This document shows, piece by piece, positions 29,248 through 38,294 of a DNA stretch of 64,000 bases. Source of the stretch: a virus (taxonomy: Duplodnaviria; Caudoviricetes); IMG/VR virus record IMGVR_UViG_2846856033_000001, positions 1 through 64,000 of that record, one strand, 5' to 3'. Position 1 is the stretch's first letter, and every line of letters starts with the position of its first letter. A program made the translations under genes and the position numbers. Under the pieces are notes generated by a model. The model did no database searches and was not told the origin of the DNA. It worked only from the letters and a program-made list of their open reading frames with translations.

Positions 29248-29275
29248 ATTATAACATCTCTGTCGATATTGTCAT
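29248..29275 (-). promoter_or_regulatory. Sigma70 promoter of the WYL gene
   Basis: Minus strand ATGACA-16-TATAAT with extended TG. Confidence 0.55.
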
Positions 29276-29337
29276 AGATATAGGGATCGATTCACGTGTA
29301 ATTTGAACTACATGCGTTAAAAATCGTGACAAATTCA

Positions 29338-29370
29338 CGACAAAGGGCTGTCAAATACCAGTGGTAAACT
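29338..29370 (+). promoter_or_regulatory. Putative WYL-dependent promoter of the divergent lipoprotein gene
   Basis: CGACA-N6-TGTCA-N11-TAAACT; 14/16 identical to the box at 28227-28242. Confidence 0.65.
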
Positions 29371-29407
29371 GAAGTCGCAAGTAAGAAATGAAGGAGGTTT
29401 GATTGAA

Positions 29408-29912
29408 ATGAACAAGAAAGCAATTCTTGTCAGCTTAATGCTGGTTTGTTTTATCATGATCACCGGATGTTCCAAGGCGCAGGCTGCGCCTCAGGAACTG
29501 GCAACCGAAACCCAGAAGATTGTTGAACAAGTTAAAAAACAGGACAACTCCGTTTTTGACGATATCCAACACAATATCGACATGGTATCCGACCTTAAGG
29601 ACGAAATCGAGGCCAGTACCGGGTCAGATAAGCAAAAATTGCTCAACAACGTGATTTCTGACCTTGAGAAAGTGACCGCGTCCTACGAAGAATTGGCCAA
29701 TAAGAAAGAGGATATCAGGAAATATTTGCTGAAGAAGGTTACGGCTCTTGAAGGTTTGCAGGCACAGGTACGAACTGAGACCACCAGGCTAAACACTCAG
29801 CATAATGAATATACCACCGCCCTCAAGACCTTCAATGACCCCGATCCGGAAATCGTCAGGACCAGGTCAGCGGCTCTAAAGCAGGCCATCGGGTATGTCG
29901 ACATGCAGTTGA
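29408..29912 (+). pseudogene. Coiled-coil lipoprotein, truncated at the prophage boundary
   Basis: MNKK + hydrophobic stretch + ITGC lipobox; heptad-rich body; after about nt 29912 the frame runs into antisense of the next gene. Confidence 0.6.
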
Positions 29913-29960
29913 CGTCGGATGTACCGGATGCGAATTTACATCCGATACGGTGGTTATATG

Positions 29961-30395
29961 TTATTTTCCGTCCTGTTCAGGGACAGCCGCAGCCTTTTTC
30001 CGTCCGCCAGTTTTGGGCCTTGGCGCAAAGGCTGTGGACAGGTCGTAGATAATGGCATTTTCATCTGCAAAGAAAATGCCGGGTACGTTCCAATCCTCCT
30101 CTGGCGTCCAGCCAGCCATCTTGCGGGCGATGTCCACTGCGGCAGTACATCCAATTTTTATCTGATAAATCTGTTTGCCCTCCGGCTTTGAAAACGGCAC
30201 AGCGTTCGGGTCTTCCTCATTGCAAGCGCGGACGGCAAACTGCTTGTCCTTTGGATTGCTGAGAAGCTGGACAAAAGCAGGATAGCGGAGTTCCGCAGCT
30301 GTTTGGGTATTGAACTTAACGGTATTTCCAACGAAAGTGACGATGGAAGCGGAACGGGTCTTGATAAGGTCTATAACGGTAAATTTTTCTAACAT
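29961..30395 (-). CDS. Hypothetical protein accompanying a large serine recombinase
   Basis: AAGGAG RBS; similar small genes follow recombinases in clostridial elements (recalled, not verified). Confidence 0.65.
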   Translation of the reverse strand: MLEKFTVIDLIKTRSASIVTFVGNTVKFNTQTAAELRYPAFVQLLSNPKDKQFAVRACNEEDPNAVPFSKPEGKQIYQIKIGCTAAVDIARKMAGWTPEEDWNVPGIFFADENAIIYDLSTAFAPRPKTGGRKKAAAVPEQDGK

Positions 30396-30441
30396 GGTAA
30401 AAATGCTCCTTTAATATTTTATTTTGAGGTGGACGGGCTAC

Positions 30442-31629
30442 TTAGTTTGCAAGGGTGTTGTCGGACGGTCTGAAGAACAGGTAGTCTACGTCATCTTCGC
30501 TCCATGTGGGGTCAACGACAAAGAAGCCCATCATGCCGCCGCGCATGATGATACGGGGTTTTTTCAGCCGTGACGAACGCTTTCGGTAATAACGGCTGTT
30601 TAGCATTTCCTGCACCAAAAGCCAGTCTTCGCGCGAGATAATCGGCGCATGGTGACTCTCGTGAAAAAACTTGTCCGCTCGACCGTCGTTTTTGATAGAC
30701 TTATGTTCGAACAGATCCACTGTAACCGTCTTTTGACACAGTGCGTCGCCGCAGAATTTTTCGTTGTGCAGGATACCGCAGACGCTACCGGAGCTCCATT
30801 TGGCAGTTCCAGTAGCGGTTTCGATGCCACTCTGGTTGAGGATATCAGCAATGCGCGGGGACGAATAACCCTCCAGATAGAGGGCAAAGATGTTCTGCAC
30901 GATTTCCGCGCCGTGTGGCTCGATAGCCCATTTTCTGTTTTCGTCCCGGACATAGCCGAGCAAAGACCATACTGGGTAAATTAAACCTTTCTGGAACCGA
31001 TTGCGGTTAGACCACTTCATACTGATGGATTTGCCTTCCGATTCTCCCTGCGCTACCATGCTGGTTGTAATGATTTGCGTTTCGCTGGTCTCAGTCAACG
31101 AATCGATATGTTGGGTTTCAAAGAATACGGATACCGGCGGTGACAATCCTTTGAGCAATCGCGTATAGTGCAGGCAGTCCTCCACATTTCTGGAGAAGCG
31201 GCTGACCATTTTGACAAGAACTTTGTCGATTTTCCCTTGCTTACAGTCCTCAATCATTCGAAGAAACTGGTCGCGTTTTTTGACGGACGTACCTGAGAGA
31301 CCTTGATCAGCATATATCCCCACGAACTCCCAACGAGGATTCGTTTGGATCAGTTCGCTGTAATACTGATATTGCATCTCATAGCTGCTGGCCTGTTCCT
31401 CGCTTCCTGTGGAAACGCGGCAATAGGCGCAGACTCGAAGCTTCCGAGTGTTTTCGGGGTCGTCGGTATTTCTCCGTGCCGGAATGACGGTCATTTTACT
31501 ACCCGCCGCGGTTTCGTAGGCATCACGGATTACTTCCTGGGCGCTTTTTCCCGTAACCCCGGTCTCTTTCGGTGCTTTTGTTGCTTTGATAGTTATGGTT
31601 TTCAAAATATCACCCCCTCTCCGCCGCAT
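30442..31629 (-). CDS. Large serine recombinase (resolvase + recombinase domains)
   Basis: AYCRVST (catalytic Ser), YADQGLSGT, SRFSRN, LLGY, ILHNEKFCGD, HAPIIS; true start may be TTG 31605. Confidence 0.92.
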   Translation of the reverse strand: MRRRGGDILKTITIKATKAPKETGVTGKSAQEVIRDAYETAAGSKMTVIPARRNTDDPENTRKLRVCAYCRVSTGSEEQASSYEMQYQYYSELIQTNPRWEFVGIYADQGLSGTSVKKRDQFLRMIEDCKQGKIDKVLVKMVSRFSRNVEDCLHYTRLLKGLSPPVSVFFETQHIDSLTETSETQIITTSMVAQGESEGKSISMKWSNRNRFQKGLIYPVWSLLGYVRDENRKWAIEPHGAEIVQNIFALYLEGYSSPRIADILNQSGIETATGTAKWSSGSVCGILHNEKFCGDALCQKTVTVDLFEHKSIKNDGRADKFFHESHHAPIISREDWLLVQEMLNSRYYRKRSSRLKKPRIIMRGGMMGFFVVDPTWSEDDVDYLFFRPSDNTLAN

Positions 31630-31729
31630 AAATTAAGGGTCGCGTCCTCTGCAAAGAAGATGCGACCCTTGGCGGCAACGGAGCCGGCGAACGACCATTA
31701 TACCAGAAAAACTTATCTGTGAAAAAACA

Positions 31730-31769
31730 GACGACAAAGGGAGTCTCTATACGGAAACCCTTTGTCGTC
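31730..31769. terminator. Bidirectional terminator-like hairpin
   Basis: GACGACAAAGGG / CCCTTTGTCGTC with T-tracts on both strands. Confidence 0.65.
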
Positions 31770-31805
31770 CGGGTTTTTGCTCGCTTCAATTAACAGATAG
31801 CCCCA

Positions 31806-32459
31806 TTATCTGCGACCACCACGCTTTTTTACATCCTTGCGGATTTCGTCAAAGTGTTCGTCCGATATGGTCGCACACTCGCGGAACTCCGCAACTACCG
31901 CGCTCATCACGGCAAAGTTAAGGTTTGTGCCATCACTGTCGGCGAGATAGTCGACCGCACGGTCTGCATTGATTCCGAAACGCCCGGCGGTTTCCACCGC
32001 GTCGATGTTTGCTCCAAGGAAAACGAATTCCCAGCCATATTTTATTTTCTGGCGCTCAATCTGTGCCTTGACCTTTTCGGCCGAATATTCGCGGCTGGAA
32101 TTCTCTTCGCCATCCGTGATGATAATAAACATTACTTTCTCGGCACGGTAATCACCGGCCGTGTTTTTTTGGGCGTTGCCAATTTTGTGGATTGTCCTTC
32201 CGATGGCATCAAGGAGTGCGGTCGAACCACCGACAGCATATTCCTTCTCGGTAATCGCGCTGACCGCTTTGATATCGATACGGTCGTGTAGAAGTTCATA
32301 GTTGTTGTCAAACAGTACAGTCGTGATATGGCATTCACCCACAACTGCCTTTTGCTTTTCGAGCATTGAGTTGTAGCCGCCGATTGTGTCGGTCTCCAAA
32401 CCGCCCATTGAGCCGCTTTTGTCGAGTATGAATACCAGTTCGGTTAATCCTTTTTTCAT
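31806..32459 (-). CDS. VWA-domain protein
   Basis: MIDAS motif LDKSGSM, GSTALLDAIG, ITDGEENSS. Confidence 0.9.
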   Translation of the reverse strand: MKKGLTELVFILDKSGSMGGLETDTIGGYNSMLEKQKAVVGECHITTVLFDNNYELLHDRIDIKAVSAITEKEYAVGGSTALLDAIGRTIHKIGNAQKNTAGDYRAEKVMFIIITDGEENSSREYSAEKVKAQIERQKIKYGWEFVFLGANIDAVETAGRFGINADRAVDYLADSDGTNLNFAVMSAVVAEFRECATISDEHFDEIRKDVKKRGGRR

Positions 32460-32537
32460 TTTCGTGTCCTCCTCGAGTTTTAAGATGATTTCATTTTAAA
32501 CTTTTCGGAGGGGCGCATGGTCGCTTCGGAAGCGACA

Positions 32538-32711
32538 TTATGGTTGCTGTTCATGCAGGCTGCACTTGAATTCTTCGCAATAGCCTATACCATCACTAAA
32601 ATCCTCATTTCTGCCTTTGGTACAGTATTCTGGGGAGCCGTTCTCATCATGCTTGCAAAACCAGCAAAAATCGCAAACAGGGTCGCAAACGGGGTCATTG
32701 CAAATATACAC
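32538..32711 (-). CDS. 57-aa Cys-rich protein (not in the ORF track)
   Basis: GAGGAGG RBS + GTG: MYICNDPVCDPVCDFCWFCKHDENGSPEYC...GYCEEFKCSLHEQQP*. Confidence 0.6.
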   Translation of the reverse strand: MYICNDPVCDPVCDFCWFCKHDENGSPEYCTKGRNEDFSDGIGYCEEFKCSLHEQQP

Positions 32712-33175
32712 TCTTGCTCATCCTCCTCGTTGTTCAGGAAAAAGCGATGATTCTCTCTTTCATCACGATATAGCGGTAGCGTATATCGCTCATCAGTATA
32801 GCCATCGCCTAACGACATATAGAAGGAGAATTCCGCCGAAATATCCTCTATTTCAAAGCCTTCTCTGATATATGTGTATTTGGGGTTGTCTCTCAAATCT
32901 TCTTTCGGTATAAGCAATAGTTGCAAATCCGGCTCGATAAATTCCAAGTTGCATTTTTCTGGAATACGGTCTTCTAACAATGCGGACAGGGATTCGCATA
33001 TGTCTTTAATCTCAGCAAAAGTTAAAAAGCTCGATCCCGTATTATATTTGAAATAGCGGTTTTCAACACTGATACAGGCATCCGTCCAAGAATATCCGCC
33101 ATCGTCATATCCCTTGTCAGAAAAGAAGAAATGAAAAATCGTGCCACCTAAATCTACCCTGAGTTCATTTTGCAT
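32585..33175 (-). CDS. Hypothetical protein, possibly WapI-like immunity fold; C-terminal ~55 aa probably read-through
   Basis: W.....V.....F.Y....FL..EI...L..L...LEFIEPDL pattern; tail overlaps the Cys-rich ORF. Confidence 0.5.
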   Translation of the reverse strand: MQNELRVDLGGTIFHFFFSDKGYDDGGYSWTDACISVENRYFKYNTGSSFLTFAEIKDICESLSALLEDRIPEKCNLEFIEPDLQLLLIPKEDLRDNPKYTYIREGFEIEDISAEFSFYMSLGDGYTDERYTLPLYRDERENHRFFLNNEEDEQECIFAMTPFATLFAIFAGFASMMRTAPQNTVPKAEMRILVMV

Positions 33176-33178
33176 TTT

Positions 33179-34189
33179 TCACCCTCCCAACAACGGCTGG
33201 TCGTATTTGAACAGCACTTCGTTAATCTCGAAAATATCGTACTTGCCGCTGACGATGAAGTATTCGACTATCACATCAAACTTTACGGCGTGGGAGAGGG
33301 CATAGCCCGCGCGCTCCAAAAGATCGCCGGTTTCGTCGAGAGACAATTCCATTGCCACTGCGAGCGCAATCGCGGTGCGCTTGCTTGGCATATAGCCTTT
33401 ATTGCTCCGAATTTTGGAAAACAGCTTTCGGTCAAGGTTGGCGCGTTTGTAGACTTCCACGTCCGTTTTGCCCTTGGCGTCAATCAACCGCAGGAGCGTC
33501 TCTGAGAACGGCTCGTCCAAGCTGCCTACCAAATCGTCAATGCCAGCGCCGACAATAGGGGCTTGCATGGAGGATGGTGCGTTATACTTAATAAGGTCGG
33601 CTTCCTCAAGGGCTTCACGCTCGACATCAAGCAACTCACGTCGAGAAAGTCTTTGCTCTGCAACATAATGCTCATCAATATAACTTTCGACTTCACCGAG
33701 CAACTTCTCGCTGACGGCAAACGCCGCCTTGTCGAATACCGCCAAATAAACATCCAATTCGTGTTCTCCGAGAAAGTCATGGATTGCTCTCGTTGCAACC
33801 CGCAGGGCTTCGTCTTTTGGGTAACCATAGATACCGCTTGATATCAGCGGAAACGCTATGCTCTTGCACTTGTTCTCAACCGCTCGTTTCAGGACGTTCA
33901 GGTAGCAGGAGCGCAGCTGTTCTTCTTCGCCGCTCTTGCCGCCACGGTAAACCGGTCCCGCCGTGTGGACGACAAACTTGGCGGGAAGCCTGAACCCCGG
34001 CGTTATGACCGCGTCGCCTGTCTGAATCGGCGCGAGTTTGTCGCAGGTGGCTTGCAGGTCGGACGCGCCCGCCGCCTTGAATATCGCTCCACAAACGCCA
34101 CCGCCCATTGAAAGGGCGGTGTTTGCGGCGTTGACGATTGCGTCAACTTTCATTTTCGTGATGTCCTGTCGGACGATAGTAAAAGGCAT
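33179..34189 (-). CDS. Macro-domain (YmdB-like ADP-ribose hydrolase) fused to a C-terminal HTH
   Basis: DIT...DAIVNAAN..L.MGGGVCGAI, HTAGP, IAFPLISSGIYGYP; C-terminal VYKRANLDRKLFSKIR. Confidence 0.9.
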   Translation of the reverse strand: MPFTIVRQDITKMKVDAIVNAANTALSMGGGVCGAIFKAAGASDLQATCDKLAPIQTGDAVITPGFRLPAKFVVHTAGPVYRGGKSGEEEQLRSCYLNVLKRAVENKCKSIAFPLISSGIYGYPKDEALRVATRAIHDFLGEHELDVYLAVFDKAAFAVSEKLLGEVESYIDEHYVAEQRLSRRELLDVEREALEEADLIKYNAPSSMQAPIVGAGIDDLVGSLDEPFSETLLRLIDAKGKTDVEVYKRANLDRKLFSKIRSNKGYMPSKRTAIALAVAMELSLDETGDLLERAGYALSHAVKFDVIVEYFIVSGKYDIFEINEVLFKYDQPLLGG

Positions 34190-34201
34190 AAGGTCACCCC
34201 C

Positions 34202-34702
34202 TTACTCTTGCCTGATAAACTTCTTATCTTCCCATTTAAAGAGGACTTTGCCCGTTCTGACATCCTCGATGGTCAGCCAATCGTTTATTGGTATGTTCTT
34301 CTCCGAAACATACCAACTTTTATATGTGTGTTGCGCTCCGGCGGCTTCGATCAGCGTCCACTTGGTCTCGGGCTCTATACCTTTTTCCTCGCTCCATTTG
34401 TCCCAAAGTCGGAAGTGATCCTTCCAACGGACGGAGATGCGGTAAAACGTCTTATTAAGTTCATCCGGCATGTTATCCTGAAAGAGCAAACCATGGTTGT
34501 CCGGCGTTTGCATATCCGTCATCCAAACTACGCGAGGGCTAACCGACCGCGAGAAGGCGAGATTGCTCTCCGTAGTCGTTATCCACTTGCCCGACAGAAT
34601 TCTGTTTAAATGATACAGGCTCGTAAAGTGGTACAGCAGCTTCGGGTGAGGAGAGGAAAACATTTCGGCGGCATATTCAACAAAATCGTGTTTCATAGCC
34701 AC
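34202..34702 (-). CDS. Hypothetical protein with ADP-ribosyltransferase-like motifs
   Basis: LYHFTS...L.RIL..K.I, VVWMT, WYV....IP. Confidence 0.5.
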   Translation of the reverse strand: MAMKHDFVEYAAEMFSSPHPKLLYHFTSLYHLNRILSGKWITTTESNLAFSRSVSPRVVWMTDMQTPDNHGLLFQDNMPDELNKTFYRISVRWKDHFRLWDKWSEEKGIEPETKWTLIEAAGAQHTYKSWYVSEKNIPINDWLTIEDVRTGKVLFKWEDKKFIRQE

Positions 34703-34797
34703 TACTTACCACCTTTCACGTTCCAGTAAAACGAAGCTTTGCTAATTCCCGTGCCGCCTTGCGGGCTTTCGAAAATAAACGTTCTTGGTTGTGGCAG

Positions 34798-35805
34798 TCA
34801 TGCGATGGCATCGTTCCTTTCAAGCCATGACAGCAAAAGCGGCCTGTCGTTGTTTGCCGGCACTTCAAACCACTGCGAACAAAGGCGGTACTGTACGCCC
34901 CTAATCGTAAACGGTTTCGCATAATACCTCGCCGAGTCACATTCCTCACTTGCCAGCACAAGAAGTGGAAAGTCTATGCCAAACTGGCTCTTTGAGTAGT
35001 CCTTCGTCCGCATCAGATTGATTTCCTCATCATCGGCCTTGCCGTTCTCCAGCGCTTCCCGTAAAAAGGTTTGCGCGATTTTGCCTATCTTCAGTTCGGA
35101 AAGAGTATCGGTCGAAGCTGAGTGCTGCGTCTCCGGTACTTTTGTTCTTTGCCGTGATGTCCGCCGAGCATCACCGAACATGTTGATAAGTTGGTATCCA
35201 CGCATAAATAATTCTGATGTATCCGAAACGCCGTCACTGGCAATCAATATCGGATTAAGCACCAGTTCGTCAAAATCATCATTCGCGATAACCCGCGCAG
35301 TGAAATTATAATTGTTTTTAAGAAATAAGGCATTTAGGTCGGCGGTGCAGGGCTCTAAATCGTTGATTATGGCGTTATGTATTTTAGGTGAGGCAAAAAT
35401 GATCTCACCTTGAGCGGCACCGAAATAACCGATCAAGCACAGAGCGGTCCGTACAAATTTCTTTATGACCCGCATGACCGTTTCCTGTCGGTCGCCGTAG
35501 TTAAGCCCACTTTCATGGAAGGCAACGTCTATGGCATATAGTTCCATGCCGTTATCTGACAGCGATATGCCGAGAGCATCCACCTCTGCCTGCATTAGCA
35601 GCTGTGAAAGTGAATTGTTCTTATAAACGCCATAGCCATACTTATTTTGGAAGTGTTCATCTGTAACGTCCATAAACCGGTTTAGATCTTCCTCATTTTG
35701 AAGTTGCCAAGATGGGGACGGTTTCCAGTTTGTCTGAACTATCTGGCACTCCTTAACATGGCGGAGCCATGAGTAAAACAGGGATTCACCCATTTCAATT
35801 TTCAT
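34798..35805 (-). CDS. Hypothetical protein, restriction-endonuclease-like N-terminus
   Basis: GESLFYSWL...AEVDALG...AIDVAFHE. Confidence 0.5.
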   Translation of the reverse strand: MKIEMGESLFYSWLRHVKECQIVQTNWKPSPSWQLQNEEDLNRFMDVTDEHFQNKYGYGVYKNNSLSQLLMQAEVDALGISLSDNGMELYAIDVAFHESGLNYGDRQETVMRVIKKFVRTALCLIGYFGAAQGEIIFASPKIHNAIINDLEPCTADLNALFLKNNYNFTARVIANDDFDELVLNPILIASDGVSDTSELFMRGYQLINMFGDARRTSRQRTKVPETQHSASTDTLSELKIGKIAQTFLREALENGKADDEEINLMRTKDYSKSQFGIDFPLLVLASEECDSARYYAKPFTIRGVQYRLCSQWFEVPANNDRPLLLSWLERNDAIA

Positions 35806-36037
35806 TTCGTCGCCCCCTCGCTTTAGGTTTAATCAGATCGTAGCTTCGGCTGACCATCCGTTTCAATTCTTCCATTGGCACGTCGCCGCCAAACGAGACC
35901 GTATTCCAGTGTATCTTGTTCATATGATAAGCAGGTGTCACGTCCTCGAATACCTGCCGCAGGAAGTCCGCTTCGTGCGGTTCGCATTTTAGATTGACGT
36001 ATAGCTTTCCGTTTCAGTCGTATATCAAGCAAAACAA

Positions 36038-36955
36038 TCATTTAGTAATAGTGGGCCAGGGGATTTCTCCACTTTCCACATCTTTCAAGGTTTTCCCATC
36101 GGCAGTTTTCCATACGATATTTCCGCTTTGATTAGAGCCGCTGACAAAGCCAGCCGCCGCCGAGGGACTTGAAACAAGAACATCGGATGTCAGCACACCA
36201 TTAGAATCTATCTTGTCGCCATATTTTTCACGGAAGCGGCGTGCGACTTCCGGGCAGCTCTGTTTCATTTCCGTCGCCACGACGCTCCCGGCGTGTATGA
36301 CAAAGCCCTCGCTCGTACGGCGACCTGTCGCTTTGCCCTTGTTGCGGTCGAAGTGGAATATCGGCTCGCCGGAAGTGTCCTGCGTAATTGTGCTATCCTC
36401 CGGGGCGCTTTTCGGCGTGGCTACAATCGGCTCGAACACTTTATGCCCGAGCGTCCCCATGACAATCTTGGCGTAGTCGAGGAACTCCTCCAGCTCGCTT
36501 TCCTTTTCTTCCGTTATATGCCCAGAAGTCGGGTCGTTGCCGTTCTTGACGACGTACCGCTTGGCTTCGAGCGCTAAGTTGCAGAAACGGTTCTCAAGAT
36601 AGCTTATCTCCGTGGGACCGAAGGAGTTATTTGAGGTGGTGAAGACAACTGCTTCTGTCCAGTAGTCTTTATCCGGGTTGCGCTTATGCTCCTGCAAGCG
36701 GAAAAGTATACCCTCGCCGTTTTTCCGCACACCTGCCTGACCGATGTATACCACGTTTTCGCCAGTCTGGTCAGACGTGCCGAACAGAAAATAAACACCA
36801 CTTTGTTTGAGGTCATCGCGTTCCCTGCACTTTTCAAGATCGGTGCGCGGGATTCTGTACGCGACGCCCGTCCAGTTTGCAAGCGTACATTTGACGCGGC
36901 CGTTCGCGGTGCCATCCATCAAAAAGAGATTTATATTTTTCCCTCTCATAACCAT
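36038..36955 (-). CDS. GIY-YIG nuclease with C-terminal DUF4357
   Basis: SGVYFL...VYIGQA...RLQEH...YLE...KN; C-terminal SSPSAAAGFVSG...SG...WK. Confidence 0.85.
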   Translation of the reverse strand: MVMRGKNINLFLMDGTANGRVKCTLANWTGVAYRIPRTDLEKCRERDDLKQSGVYFLFGTSDQTGENVVYIGQAGVRKNGEGILFRLQEHKRNPDKDYWTEAVVFTTSNNSFGPTEISYLENRFCNLALEAKRYVVKNGNDPTSGHITEEKESELEEFLDYAKIVMGTLGHKVFEPIVATPKSAPEDSTITQDTSGEPIFHFDRNKGKATGRRTSEGFVIHAGSVVATEMKQSCPEVARRFREKYGDKIDSNGVLTSDVLVSSPSAAAGFVSGSNQSGNIVWKTADGKTLKDVESGEIPWPTITK

Positions 36956-36971
36956 ATCCGCTCCTTTCGCG

Positions 36972-38270
36972 TCAAGCCGTTGCAGTCGCCGCCGTACCTT
37001 CGCCGGTCGGCAACACACCACCTGTCGTTTCAAACGCACTTTCTATGCTACGCGCAAGAGCTGCGATCTGGTTCTTCGGCTTTCCTACATAGTGGTACAT
37101 CAGATAGCGGGTGTCGATAAGGATTCCTTGAACGCGCTCGTACTTATTTCCGGATATCTTCCAGTCGCCGGTTGCTTCGCCGATGTTGACGAAAGTGTCA
37201 CTTGTCCCGAATCGGTTCTCAAGAGCGTTGTACGGCATGACGAACGCGTTATAGACAGGCACCTCGCCGCCATACCGCTCGCGGAACCGATCCTGCGTGG
37301 CAATATACTCACCGTAGGTTATCTGCTTGTTGATGGAGCTCGACTCCGGCAGGTCGGCGGGATTGCCGGAGATGCCGAACTTGTAAAACTTTGCGTCAAT
37401 GACGTAAATCTTGCCGTCGTGCAGCATAATGGTGTCCGGCTCGAGCGCGGCGTTCGTTCTGCCCCTGCCTGCGCGAAGCGCCCACCGTGTTTTGGGGAAG
37501 TAGTCCACCTTGTTCTTCTCGCCGAATACCCGGTCGATGAGCTTTTCCCAGACGTACTCGAAACGGTCTGTACCGAAGTAGAACTGCTTCTCCTTCGTTT
37601 TCTCATCCATATATTCAAGCATGGCAATCATCGACTGAAATAGCCGCTTGTCCTTGTCGTTGAATGTGTTTGCGAGCTTTTCCCGAAGGAGCACGAGGAA
37701 CATCTTATCATTCCGCTGAATGGTAGGTTTCTCAGGCAAGTACGGTGTGAAAAGCCAACCCAGCTTGACGAAGCTCTCGTACACGCAGAATTTGTGAATC
37801 TGCGTTATCATATTCCTGTCGTTTGGCGAGGAGACGCGGACGATGTAGTCGACATACGCTGGCATACCATTCGCCTGGATCAGCGGGCGTTTTTGCCGCA
37901 ATGTCCTCGGCCAGTCATACTTCCCGCGGTCGCCGTCTTTGTATACGGCGACTTTTTCTGTGTAATAGCCGTTTTGCTCCATGAAGTAATTGATGACTTC
38001 CATGTAGGCGTTTATGGGGAAGTCCACGGACTGCGGGGCTTCAAACTTCTGCATTTGCAGCACCCTGTCCGTGCGGTCGGTAAACTCAGCAAGCACAGAA
38101 ATGAGGTGCAGAATATCCTGCCGTAAGTCCTGTTCTGTCTCGGGCAATTTGTAGCCAATGGGAAAGTAGACCATCGCGTTATCGGCGTCAGCCTTGATGC
38201 CCACGAAACGGTCTCCGTCCTCATTCTTATTCACGTGACAACGCGCGGCCAGTTCCGCGAGTATATCCAT
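36972..38270 (-). CDS. LlaJI-family (McrC-like) restriction endonuclease subunit
   Basis: FEYVWEKLID, LEPDTIM...VIDAKFY, SSINKQITYG. Confidence 0.85.
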   Translation of the reverse strand: MDILAELAARCHVNKNEDGDRFVGIKADADNAMVYFPIGYKLPETEQDLRQDILHLISVLAEFTDRTDRVLQMQKFEAPQSVDFPINAYMEVINYFMEQNGYYTEKVAVYKDGDRGKYDWPRTLRQKRPLIQANGMPAYVDYIVRVSSPNDRNMITQIHKFCVYESFVKLGWLFTPYLPEKPTIQRNDKMFLVLLREKLANTFNDKDKRLFQSMIAMLEYMDEKTKEKQFYFGTDRFEYVWEKLIDRVFGEKNKVDYFPKTRWALRAGRGRTNAALEPDTIMLHDGKIYVIDAKFYKFGISGNPADLPESSSINKQITYGEYIATQDRFRERYGGEVPVYNAFVMPYNALENRFGTSDTFVNIGEATGDWKISGNKYERVQGILIDTRYLMYHYVGKPKNQIAALARSIESAFETTGGVLPTGEGTAATATA

Positions 38271-38294
38271 ATCAGCTCACCGCCCTTTACTGGA

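Noticed and set aside
31730-31769. Third WYL box (CGACAAAGGG matches 29338)
   Set aside because: It is one arm of a terminator hairpin and lacks TGTCA at N6 and the -10 hexamer
36807-37643. Long antisense ORFs (also 40456-41274, 44330-45238, 50329-51186, 57603-58274)
   Set aside because: Shadow frames of well-supported genes in GC-rich DNA, with no motifs or RBS
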